Positions 1 to 10,345 of a DNA stretch of 64,000 bases are shown here, piece after piece. The stretch is from a virus (lineage: Duplodnaviria > Caudoviricetes). The translations under genes and the position numbers were made by a program. Numbering within the stretch: position 1 is the stretch's first letter; the number at the start of each line of letters is the position of its first letter. The notes under the pieces were generated by a model. The model was not told the DNA's origin. It made no database searches and worked only from the letters and a program-made list of their open reading frames with translations. Location of the stretch: the IMG/VR virus record IMGVR_UViG_3300021255_005860, positions 1 to 64,000 of that record. One strand, 5' to 3'.

Positions 1-783
1 CAAGATCAGAATATCCTTACTCTCTACCCAGAACTCTTTACCTCATCTAAACTTCATTTTAATCTGCAAGAGTTATCTATACTGCTCTCTACTACTACTG
101 AAAAATTACATCAATGTGCTCAGACTGATGCTGAAGCTGAATCACTGTATTTGACTATCAAACCCTACATACCTTTATATAACATCCAAGAACCTAAAAT
201 AGAATATCGAGATTGTAAAGATCTTCAAGATAGTGTATCTACCTCTGAGACAGAAACTATGCACACTACTGTACATATCCCTAAACACTATATAACCTTA
301 AAATTAACTACCTCAGAAGTATTGTGTATCAAGACAGTTATGACCGATACTATCACTACCACTACTGATCCTAGAATCAAAGCTGATATCGAGAGTATAC
401 TTACTAAGATAAGTCACGAGATCACTACTTCTACTGAGGTTGAAAGACTTGAGCATCAAGAGAGACGTCCCTTTACCCAAGCTCTATTTGACCTAGTTAA
501 AATAGGGGATCCTAAGATAGGATGTTACTGCAGTGTTAACGGTTGTTATTTTATTCATCAAGAACGACCACATAGTGCACTCCTTATCAACTATCAGATC
601 AATGATACTAACTATGATCACTTAAGTGTAACTGCTATGCGCAAACATGTATGTGAAAGGTTTACCGATATCACTACTACTCACGAGATCTTAGATTTTA
701 AGACTGATTTTAAACTAGATAAGGATACCTTAACTAAAATCGCCGAGCACATCGTACAGATGTTAGCTCCAAGTGAACCATGA
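1..783 (+). CDS. hypothetical protein (5'-partial)
   Basis: Frame 1 is open from base 1 (QDQNILTLYPELF...) into the tracked 151..783 ORF, so the start lies upstream of the window. Confidence 0.7.
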   Translation, partial: QDQNILTLYPELFTSSKLHFNLQELSILLSTTTEKLHQCAQTDAEAESLYLTIKPYIPLYNIQEPKIEYRDCKDLQDSVSTSETETMHTTVHIPKHYITLKLTTSEVLCIKTVMTDTITTTTDPRIKADIESILTKISHEITTSTEVERLEHQERRPFTQALFDLVKIGDPKIGCYCSVNGCYFIHQERPHSALLINYQINDTNYDHLSVTAMRKHVCERFTDITTTHEILDFKTDFKLDKDTLTKIAEHIVQMLAPSEP

Positions 784-825
784 AACAATGAATAAATCAA
801 TGAAGAATTGAATAATTTGAAGATA

Positions 826-833
826 TATATTAC
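826..833 (+). promoter_or_regulatory. phiKZ-type early promoter (TATATTAC)
   Basis: Exact TATATTAC, intergenic, upstream of the GGAGG RBS and ORF 898; the motif recurs before several + strand genes. Confidence 0.7.
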
Positions 834-897
834 TATATTGACAAATATGATCTAAGGAAGGTCATATACTTACTTAACCGACTATGGAGGTCGAAAT

Positions 898-1725
898 ATG
901 AAACTATCTAGAATGAATAAATTATTAAGAGAAATCGTAACCACAGGGGCATCTACCTTTGAGGTGGATGCTTCTGATAGTGATGAAATTTTAGAGCGGT
1001 TGAAGAACTGGAAAATAATGGCTGCGGTTGTCAGAAGTGTTAGAAGTGATGAGGATGCTCCAGGAAAAGCAACTCTGAAATTGCTGGGGTCCGATTTGAG
1101 TCAAGCTTTAGATTGGCATCTGAGAATCACTAGCGACGTCATAACCTCTTATGCTGCCATGTTTGCCGATAGATTAATTCCTATTGCTCAGGTAGTAGTA
1201 ACTAAGGAGGCAAATGTCCTGCGTAAGGACAAATTGTTAGCTCGTAGGGATAGCTCTACAGGTCAATATAAGATCTTAGGAATCGCTGAGATAACCTCCT
1301 ACGAATGGAAGGTTATTGGAACGTATCTGGCTCGTCCTTGGGCCAGAGGAGTAAATAGTGATGACTATATCGAGCATAGTCACACTAATGCTCTAAATGT
1401 AATGGCATATGGGTTCACGTTGGCGGAACCTATACTTGGGCGTCTCCAAGATTCTTTAGGAAAGAGTGATAAGATCTGGATGATGATGTTCCATTGCCAT
1501 CTAGAGAAAGAGAATCGAGATATACCAGTATTAGTACCGATCAGAATGATGGCAAATGAGGTAGGTGATAGACAGCCTAATTCATTTGACGATTATCTGG
1601 TTGATTATCTCGACGATAAACTTGAGTGGCAACCTTTAGTCAGGAAGGTAGCTGCTCCTAAGATGGGTACAGCTGTTCAGGAGGTTATTTCAACCCTGAA
1701 GATGTTGACACCTATAGATAAATAA
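898..1725 (+). CDS. hypothetical early protein
   Basis: 275 aa ORF with GGAGG RBS, downstream of an early promoter. Confidence 0.8.
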   Translation: MKLSRMNKLLREIVTTGASTFEVDASDSDEILERLKNWKIMAAVVRSVRSDEDAPGKATLKLLGSDLSQALDWHLRITSDVITSYAAMFADRLIPIAQVVVTKEANVLRKDKLLARRDSSTGQYKILGIAEITSYEWKVIGTYLARPWARGVNSDDYIEHSHTNALNVMAYGFTLAEPILGRLQDSLGKSDKIWMMMFHCHLEKENRDIPVLVPIRMMANEVGDRQPNSFDDYLVDYLDDKLEWQPLVRKVAAPKMGTAVQEVISTLKMLTPIDK

Positions 1726-1793
1726 TACATAGATTCTCGTTGCCGGGGGTAACCTCAAGACCTTGTAACGAGATCTATGCCAGGAGAACATAC

Positions 1794-2384
1794 ATGTATC
1801 AAGATATCCTAAAAATAAAAATGAGGGATATTCTGTTGTCTGATAGAATATTTGAATATAAAAGAGCTGTTCTTCCCAATAACTGGGAAGGGCAGTTTCA
1901 ATCTGGGTCAACTATGCTCAATGTTTTTCGTGAGCATATAGGTCCGGATGATCTCTGGCTGTATTTTAATGAGCGTACAACTGGAGAGATTGGTCATAAA
2001 GAATGGAATTGCTTAAAGCAGATATCAGAAGAGGAGAAAGCACGCAATCCCTTAATAACTGTTGGTGCATACCTGCCGTATAAGTCTGTAGGGCTTGATT
2101 TTCCGTACTACGATTTTGAAGATAGTACGATTCTAAGGTTAATGCACTTACAGGTAGCTCATTACGATAAGACGACTAATGTTGTCTACAGTGTCGAATT
2201 GACACTCAACGATTTATTGTCGGGCAATTATGACTATCTTCGAATTCCTACCGAGGAGGAGATATTAAAAGCTTGGGATAAACTCCAAGACATCGAAGAG
2301 AATATTGCCAAGTTACAATTTGAGGGTAAATTCTACGAAGCTAAAGCACTTGATGCTACTAAGTGGCTCGAAGCTGCTATCTGA
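1794..2384 (+). CDS. hypothetical protein, paralog of 2403..2951
   Basis: AGGAG then ATG at 1794; shares N-terminal DI(L/I)K(I/L)KM and C-terminal LMHL...LL..xYD..xIP.xEE with the next gene. Confidence 0.75.
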   Translation: MYQDILKIKMRDILLSDRIFEYKRAVLPNNWEGQFQSGSTMLNVFREHIGPDDLWLYFNERTTGEIGHKEWNCLKQISEEEKARNPLITVGAYLPYKSVGLDFPYYDFEDSTILRLMHLQVAHYDKTTNVVYSVELTLNDLLSGNYDYLRIPTEEEILKAWDKLQDIEENIAKLQFEGKFYEAKALDATKWLEAAI

Positions 2385-2402
2385 ACTATAAAGGAGAAAA
2401 AT

Positions 2403-2951
2403 ATGATTGAGGACATAATTAAATTAAAGATGGATAAAATCCTCGGCACTAATCGGCCGCACGAAGAGTCATCAACAGAAGAGGCATCAGCAGTAGAAAG
2501 ATACTACGCAATATGCACGCATATTACGCAGGAAGTTGAGAAGTATCTATATACCCATGACCTACAACTGCGAGTTGCCAATGAGCAGCGAGAATTCATA
2601 ATTACTAACTGGGAGGAATACTTTCGGACCCTATCAACCTCAGAGATTGAACGTAATCCTGAGATCCGTATGGATATTTGCATACCAATCGCGGAGATGA
2701 TAAATCTCCTCGCCAGAGATAACCTCATGAGCACTGTTCTGTGGTTATATGACAACGCACAATCAAGTAATCTACAGGATCCGCTCTTAACTAAAGTCAT
2801 GAGTCTCATGCACTTAGTTATCCCACATCCATATTTAGTCGAATATGAGATTACTTGTAAGCTTAAACAGCTTTTGAACAATCAATACGATTGTTTCAAG
2901 ATACCTTCCTACGAGGAGGTGTGCGCCAAATTGAATTCAAAGGAAGCATGA
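2403..2951 (+). CDS. hypothetical protein, paralog of 1794..2384
   Basis: AAGGAG RBS; 182 aa; shares motifs with the upstream gene. Confidence 0.8.
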   Translation: MIEDIIKLKMDKILGTNRPHEESSTEEASAVERYYAICTHITQEVEKYLYTHDLQLRVANEQREFIITNWEEYFRTLSTSEIERNPEIRMDICIPIAEMINLLARDNLMSTVLWLYDNAQSSNLQDPLLTKVMSLMHLVIPHPYLVEYEITCKLKQLLNNQYDCFKIPSYEEVCAKLNSKEA

Positions 2952-2978
2952 TTTAAGATTCTATAGATAACTCAATTT

Positions 2979-3017
2979 AACTATAGCTCTTCTCAACAGG
3001 GCTATAGTTTATTTTTT
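2979..3017 (+). terminator. intrinsic terminator
   Basis: AACTATAGC...GCTATAGTT stem followed by a T-tract. Confidence 0.65.
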
Positions 3018-3126
3018 CCTTATAGTGGTGTATATAAGTTATCTACTCTGGCTAACTATATACTTGAGTTGCATTCTCGCTACCTGCAACCTACAAGTAT
3101 TTTATCATAAAGGACCTAAGATATCT

Positions 3127-3903
3127 ATGAAGATTTATTCTATTGAATTTAATCCTACGCTTACTATCAGTGCCGGCTACCATCTTGCTAACGATGAGTT
3201 AGGTAAAAGAGATGTTTGGATCAATTTAGGCTATAAAGTACCTAAAAAGAACTCACCTGTAGGAACTCCTCTAAAACCTCGCAAATGTAAATTAACTCGT
3301 GATAAATCTTTAATAGATCAAGATCTGGTGCTATACGCCCAGTGCTCTGCTATCGATTCTCCAGTAACTCCTAACGTTAGATATTTAGCTTCGATTCAAG
3401 AGCTGGTAGAAGATGATGAAAATGATGCAGTGATAGTTATTATTAAATCTGATGATGGACATGAACATGTAAGAGTTGAGAATAACTACCATCTACGTAA
3501 CGCTTCACAGTTGATGGAAGGGTTACATTACGCACCTGAGAGTAATGTAGTCCCAGAACCTATACCAGGTAAAAGAGCGCATACTACTTCCCCTTGTATC
3601 TTGGTGATGCAGCCTTATGAAACTTATACTCTGCATTATACCGATACTGAGAAACATGTTCAGCATACTGTTACTTTGTGTAAGAGTGATGGTGGAATAG
3701 AAGTTATCGAAGATAAATTTAAAGAGACCCAGTTCAAATCTCATAAATTTAAAACTACTCCAAGGTTCACTGACGAGAACCATATGAAAGATAAGCGACC
3801 TAACAGACGTCATAAAGATTACCCGTCTACTCTAGGTGATATCTTCAATTTAAAACCACATCGTCAGCACAAACGTGATAAACGCCAGCAATGGATATCT
3901 TAG
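3127..3903 (+). CDS. hypothetical protein with basic C-terminus
   Basis: Long ORF; likely start MKIYSIEF at 3127 after AAGGA. Confidence 0.7.
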   Translation: MKIYSIEFNPTLTISAGYHLANDELGKRDVWINLGYKVPKKNSPVGTPLKPRKCKLTRDKSLIDQDLVLYAQCSAIDSPVTPNVRYLASIQELVEDDENDAVIVIIKSDDGHEHVRVENNYHLRNASQLMEGLHYAPESNVVPEPIPGKRAHTTSPCILVMQPYETYTLHYTDTEKHVQHTVTLCKSDGGIEVIEDKFKETQFKSHKFKTTPRFTDENHMKDKRPNRRHKDYPSTLGDIFNLKPHRQHKRDKRQQWIS

Positions 3904-3966
3904 TATAACACCTATAGCTAGAGGTTACCCACCCCTAGCTATACATCCTATTTTAAGAGAGTTTAT

Positions 3967-4149
3967 ATGCCTTATATCCCGAATAGATATGAACCATCTA
4001 AAGATCATCTAGATCGTCAAGACAAAAAGACCTACCATAAAGAAAGATCGATACTAGTATCGCTACCTATGGGACCACTTGAGATAGCAGAAGGACTAGT
4101 CAAAGATAACCCTAGTTTGATAATTATACCTAGAAATAAAGAAGAGTAA
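3967..4149 (+). CDS. small hypothetical protein
   Basis: 60 aa ORF; its stop codon abuts the first cassette. Confidence 0.5.
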   Translation: MPYIPNRYEPSKDHLDRQDKKTYHKERSILVSLPMGPLEIAEGLVKDNPSLIIIPRNKEE

Positions 4150-4150
4150 G

Positions 4151-7100
4151 TGCAGAGAACCATATTGTCCGTGCACAAATGTATTTGGCATTCCATTTGA
4201 TTGATGAAAGTAGAATATGCCATTACCCGGGCCTTCTCCTCCACCGGAACGATCGCATCCTCCGCATAACAAGTAGATTCCAGTAGGCTCATGTGGCCAA
4301 TGATAATCTTGTTATCACTTTCTTGTTCATGGTACATGTAGAATATTCCTATTCAATTAGCACTGCGATATCAATCTCAGCTAGCACGCTCTTCCCATGC
4401 AGCTCCACCATAAAGGTTATGATACTCCGAAAATGATGCCAGTGTTAGAGAACCTATGCATTCCCACGCTATCGTTACGGCATGATAGTAGCATGAGTAT
4501 ATTCCTCCAGACGTCTTAGAACGGAATATGTCTCCAGTATTTAACTGGTTATCGTCCACAGTACGGATCGCATGATAATCCTGAGTCAGTTCACGAGAAC
4601 CCATATTCACATCTGCTGAGGCGTCATTTACAGTCGAGCCTTGGCGAAAAATGTCATGAGCATAGTCTCCGCTGCCCGAGTTCCAAGCACCACCTATAGC
4701 CCAAAACATTTTTCCTCCGGAGCCGTAATGATGATCCAAAATAATATCAGTACCGAGAACCTATCAATTTTTGCTCAACCTAGCAACGTTATTATCTGCT
4801 ATCCAGGTATAGACATCAAAACTATTAGACATGAATGCTCCGCCTTCAGTTCCAGTATCCCAACCTTTCCCAACAGTATAAGCTTTAACTCCTAATTCAG
4901 CATTGGCAGAATGATGACCTGTCAGGCAGAGAACCTGTATCAATTCTTACTTAGGCGAGAACCTATGAAATCCCAGAAGATTGTATTAGCGTGTTTATAA
5001 GCGTTGAATATACCGCCATTTCCGGAAGGCTTCCAAAACTCAGATGCGGCTCCATTGATACTGCCACCGCCCACCTGCATTTCAGTATCGTTCGCATCTC
5101 TAGTCCAATGATAAGCCATCACAGAGAACCTTCTAAAGGATGAGCCTCAGTTATCCTAACTGGAGTTTGATTAAACATGCCACCACCTCTTGAGGTATTC
5201 CCTGTGGCCCAGTCGTCATACCACAGCCCTCCCAGCATGCGGTGAACTTTATCAGACGCCAGAGCTCCTCCTAAACTATTATTATCCACGCAATGATAAT
5301 ATCAGTGAGAGAACTAATAGTCGGTAAGCTATCAGTGGAGTATATAGTTCTGGCATAAAACACACCCGTGTCAGATGGACCGTTGATATCGTTGCCTCCA
5401 GTGCTAGTTGAAATCCATCTTCTATGACCTATTTCAACCCTGCCAGAACTGTAGACGGTCGTAGAATCAGTTGCTGACTCGGTGATATGATAATCTGGCA
5501 TATACAAAGCAGTTTGAGAACCCCATTTGTGATATGTCGTGAAAAACCATTGCTCCTGTGCAAATATTCCGCTTTGTTCACTATACTCGTCTAAAGCACC
5601 AACATGAACTTCATTTAACGAGGTATGAGTTCCATCACCTGACCAATGATAAACGACAGTCCAGAGAACCTATTTGTACATGATTCATACCAGGCCCTAC
5701 GCCTGTCTGATGAAGAGCTTCAAAGATTCCGGCAGTGTGCCATTGCTCCGCGTAGAATCCCGAGATGAGGATATCTCCGACATTGGGATCACTCTGCAAG
5801 GCATGATAATCGTGGTCATTGTAGAGAACCTGTATGTGCACGAGTTCGCTCCGTTTCGATGGTATTGTTATCGTCAATCCAATTCGTAATTGCGCAAAAC
5901 AAACCCATCGATGCCTCGGTAATAGCACTTGACCATAGACATCCGGCAAAATACATCGATCCACCAGAAGCAGAATTCGTATGATAATTTTTCAGTGCAG
6001 AAGAACCTATATCGACCCCGTCTTTGTATGATCCATTAGAAGAAGCATTCGTAAATCCACCGTTACGCGTTCCATTCTGCCAACTTACTGATGCGGATAC
6101 CGCTGAACCGTACCAATTGAATCTGGAATCATACGCAAAATGATATTCCCAGTTTAGAGAACCTAACGCTATCCACGGGTCTTCGATATCGTATTTGAAA
6201 AATGCACCATTCTTAGATCCTTGACTCCAATATCCTCCAACGCCTTGCTCTCCATTAGAATTAGTATCGAACTTGGAATGGTAGTGCGAGAGAACCCCAG
6301 ATCTCTCCATATCTGTGATCAATGTTATCGCTAAACAGTCCTATTGTTGTTTCAGCTCCAGGACCTCCAACATTGTATCCATGAAACGGATGGTTCACAT
6401 CGATTACATACCAATGATAATTAAAAATGTTATCAGTGTGAGAACCTGTTCCGTCAGTTATCGACCAAACTGGATCAATATTTACATCAAAAATTCCGGT
6501 ATGAGTTCCACCACCTAGAGTACCAGTAAGCAGCATTGTCGTATTTTTGCCTGCCTCATACCAACTTTCTTGTGCATACCTCTCATAAGACCAATGATAA
6601 GATCGATAAGTCAATGCGAGAACCTACATGATTCCAATAATCGGCATAAGGAATATCAGGATTACTTATGAACTCACCACCTGTAGGGTGATCGTACCAA
6701 CTTCCTGCAGTAAGTAAGCAAAATGGTTCGATCAATTGTGACGGCTCTCTTTCATCGGCGTAATGTACGATATGATAATCATCACAGAGAACCTCAATCC
6801 TTAGAGACTCGAGCTGTCCACGCATATAACGTGTCAATCGAAGATCCGTCACTGCGATTGTCCCAGGCAAATCCTCCTGAAAGATTATCGTTAGTAGCTT
6901 CTCCACCGACAGCTCTAGATACCTTTGACGCCTTCCCAAAATGATAATGTAACTGTTCAGTTCAGAGAACCTTAATTTTTGGATAGTCGTGCCACATGAG
7001 CGTCATTAGACGGTACAGAAGTATCGGCATCGTGGAAGATCCCGCTCCAACTAGTAGAAAGCGTAGGGTAATTCACCAAGTATTTTGATGACACACCAAC

Positions 7101-7162
7101 AAGAAATATATACCACGTATTCGGATTACTGGTCGGTGTCATGCCACGAGACTGATGATAAT
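4151..7162 (-). repeat. cassette array 1: 17 CLec-like variable-region cassettes plus one degenerate copy
   Basis: Plus-strand GAGAACC-type ends at about 4155, 4448, 4595, 4755, 4929/4957, 5124, 5309, 5516, 5664, 5824, 6000, 6157, 6290, 6440, 6618, 6787 and 6965, each paired with ATGATA. Minus-strand translations include DYHWPHEPTGIYLLCGGCDRSGGGEGPGNGIFYFHQSNGMPNTFVHGQYGSL and HYHSKFDTNSNGEQGVGGYWSQGSKNGAFFKYDIEDPWIALGSL. Confidence 0.9.
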
Positions 7163-7185
7163 TTTGCTCATAATAAGTATAATTC

Positions 7186-7193
7186 TATATTAC
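7186..7193 (+). promoter_or_regulatory. phiKZ-type early promoter (TATATTAC)
   Basis: Exact motif upstream of AAGGAG and ORF 7229. Confidence 0.7.
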
Positions 7194-7228
7194 TTAGTTG
7201 ATATAACAACTAAGATAAAGGAGAAGAT

Positions 7229-7552
7229 ATGAACTTACTTAAATTTGCACTACTAGAGCTTATAATAGCACATCTTCAAATGTATGAGGAGATGTTAGCT
7301 CGACATCAAGATATGCTAGCTAGAATGGATGCTACTATAACGTATTATAAAAATACTAAACAAATATTTAAAAAGCTAAAACAACATAACGTTCCTAGTA
7401 GTGCTGCTGTGGAATCAGCCATCGAAGCTGCCAAAGTAGCCGTAAGACGAGCTACTGCTGCTAAACAGGATTGTGTTAACGCCTTTATCACTGCTAAAGA
7501 AGAAACCCAAAGAGCAGTACTAGAACTGGTTATCTGTTTCAACTCGTTATAG
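7229..7552 (+). CDS. hypothetical helical early protein
   Basis: 107 aa with its own promoter, RBS and terminator; sits between cassette arrays. Confidence 0.8.
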   Translation: MNLLKFALLELIIAHLQMYEEMLARHQDMLARMDATITYYKNTKQIFKKLKQHNVPSSAAVESAIEAAKVAVRRATAAKQDCVNAFITAKEETQRAVLELVICFNSL

Positions 7553-7566
7553 AAGATGACATTTAA

Positions 7567-7597
7567 CCCTGTCTCATATGACAGGGATTTTATTTTT
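7567..7597 (+). terminator. intrinsic terminator
   Basis: CCCTGTC...GACAGGG stem plus T-tract. Confidence 0.7.
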
Positions 7598-7601
7598 GTT
7601 G

Positions 7602-9550
7602 TCAGTGAGGAGAACCTGTTTCCGGACCTTTATACGCAGCGTATTTAACGCCAATAGAGTCCACTATGAAACATCCAGATCCTAGTTCTGCATAATACCC
7701 GCCAATCAAATACACCGGGCGATCTAGCTCGGTGAGTGATCCACCAGGTTCACCGCCCAGCGAATGATAATTGCACCAAACTTATTATCATTGGCCTGGT
7801 GGTGAAACCACCGTACTATTCGGAGGAGACTGGACACTGGCGAACTCTACAGAGTGGGGAGATCGTCTCCGGTACGGTGGTATATTCATTTATCACAAAT
7901 CTGTAGTCACTGATAACGTCTTCGCGGGTTCTCTACGGACTATCATTGGGGTGGCGATATGGGACCTAACGGTTTTATTTATAACACACCAGGCTGTTTG
8001 GTAGCAGGCGGTGAATACAGCATTGATACTGGGCACGGCATTTATGCTCAAGGTCACACGCAACTATTAACCCCAGATGACTATAGCGGTAAAGGTTCTC
8101 TACGCTGCTCTAGTTATTATCATCTCAGTCAATACGGAACTCAATACATCTGGTATACGATCGGCAATGAAATCGTTGGATTTTCGTCACAGGGATATTC
8201 GACTTGGCCGGTAACTGCTGCTGGTTTACTAGGAAGTCAGAATTGGGCAGATCCGTCGGAACTCAATCCAGATATGGGGCCACATCCTGAGATAAGTTCT
8301 CTGCACTAGTATCTCAGATCTCTAGGTAATACATACAAGAAGTAAAAACTCCAGCGCATCGATGACCAAGACTCTCCAGTAAGAGGAACCCATCCGCTGG
8401 TTATACTCTGTCGGTTCCGCAAACGGATTATTGATAAAAAGTCCGTTTTCTGCTGCATCAATGTACTAGTAACCGCTCGTACACAAGATACGGACTCCAG
8501 ATAGTGCTCCTAGATGATAACTGAAAACATTGTCAGTACTGAGAACTGTACCAGTCTTCAACATGCTCGGCAGTCCAGTCGATGTCGTTACCGAATAAAC
8601 CACCGTATAGGTCGGAGCCTGGAAATCCGCCTACGGTCATAACGACGGTCTGTGTTGGGTTGTGATCATTGTAATGATAGCCTGTGCGAGAGAACCTGCA
8701 TAGGCATTATTAGTAATTGCGGATTTGTGGTAAAGGAATATACCTCCGTACTGAAGACGATCTCCCCACGCCGATGGACTTGATAGCGTCCAGTCTCCTC
8801 CGAACAGTACGGTGGTTTCACCGCTAGGCAAATGATAAACGGTAATCAGTGCAAGAGAACCTATTGATGCATGTTTACCGCCTTCATACGCAGGATAAGG
8901 ATCGTACCAATTGTTGTTATGAAAAATACCAGCCGCAGTACCTGCACCTGCGTAATCGAATCCTGTTAGATACACTTTCCACGATCCGACGTTTGGGTTT
9001 TCCGCATGATAGTCAATTTGAGAACCTGTATTAGATCCGCTTGACGCGGGACTAGTATGAGATCTAGACAACAGTCCACCATCATAATCTCGCCACTCAC
9101 CGCCAATAGTTACACTCGGACCAAAATACGACGCGGTCGAAACATATCCATGATAGTGCCAGTCAGAGAACCTTGACGCGCATCGGTGTGTGGAGCGACA
9201 CTTGGGATCTGTAAATTGGCCACATACTCCCACACTCTACCTAAATGAAATAACCCAGCTCTGTTAGAACCGCTAGATACACCAGTATCAGATGAGTAAC
9301 ATCCCAACGATTGTGGCACTGGGTATCCAGTTGCAAACGATTCGTACTCTCTTGTACCGCAAGGCTGATGATAATATAAACTAGTGCCAGAGAACCGTAG
9401 ACTCCATATCCTGAATCTAAAGGAGTAGGTTCGTTGAAGAACGCTCCACCTGTGCTAGAGGGTTCCCAAGTTCCTACACAACCGACTAGTGATTGAGTGG
9501 AGCGATTGGTACCATCGTGAAACAGATGATGATTCGCAGCACAGAGAACC
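7602..9550. repeat. cassette array 2: 11 cassettes (8 minus, 3 plus) plus stubs
   Basis: Minus ends at about 7610, 8384, 8541, 8690, 8855, 9020, 9166 and 9390 (stub at 9544); three plus-strand cassettes in 7783-8309 end at (G/A)GTTCTC 7927, 8094 and 8295. Confidence 0.9.
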
Positions 9551-9585
9551 TCTTCATATTCGATACTAGCATTTTTAATCTATAG

Positions 9586-9617
9586 GGCACTAGGACCTAT
9601 TAAAAGGTCCTAGTGTC
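9586..9617 (-). terminator. hairpin terminator
   Basis: CACTAGGACC...GGTCCTAGTG palindrome downstream of the 9656..10243 gene. Confidence 0.55.
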
Positions 9618-9655
9618 TTACTTATATCTTTTTAAGATATTAGATTAATGAAACA

Positions 9656-10243
9656 TTACCCTTTAAGCCAGGTAAATGCATAGCCTAAAGAAGCTACATT
9701 AGATGCACCTGTTAAAATATCTACAAATGCGCGTTCATTGGTAAGAGGGTTGATAATAGTCAAAGCTACCGTGGTGTCTTCACATGGACGTATACCAGAT
9801 ATAACAGTTAGAAGAATATAGTTAATACCCTTGGTAACCTGTGAACCTAAGTATACAACAGGTTCTAGATGTGCACCTACATAGCCTTCAAATCTCTTGT
9901 GGAAGGCTGCCTTAATATCCTCTGGAATTTCGGTTTGAACATCGATCTTGATGCCACCCATAGGTGCACCTCCTTCAAGAACACGTTCAATGTTAACCAA
10001 AGTAACATCTTCACCTTTCTCATTGAAGATCATTAAAACAATATTCTTCTGATCACGACCGGTGATAAGTAACTGCTCAGCCAATACGGCGTGGTTAGTA
10101 CCATTTACAAGTTGTGAGCCTAAATAAGCAATAGGTGTATATTCAGCTCCCATAAGGTTTAAGTTACCAAACGCAGAAGCAATTTTCTGAGGCATGCTAC
10201 CAACGGTAACATTGACAGTCCATTCACCTAAATTTGATGCCAT
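9656..10243 (-). CDS. protein with two tandem cystatin-like (QxVxG-type) repeats
   Basis: Internal duplication YTPIAYLGSQLVNGTNHAVL / LEPVVYLGSQVTKGINYILL; AAGGAG RBS. Confidence 0.7.
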   Translation of the reverse strand: MASNLGEWTVNVTVGSMPQKIASAFGNLNLMGAEYTPIAYLGSQLVNGTNHAVLAEQLLITGRDQKNIVLMIFNEKGEDVTLVNIERVLEGGAPMGGIKIDVQTEIPEDIKAAFHKRFEGYVGAHLEPVVYLGSQVTKGINYILLTVISGIRPCEDTTVALTIINPLTNERAFVDILTGASNVASLGYAFTWLKG

Positions 10244-10345
10244 AATTAAATCTCCTTACGACAAGATAATCTCCCCCATAAGTAATATGGGTTTTCCAAA
10301 TTATAGTAGATACATAGAATTAATTAAAATTCTTAAATATAGAAC

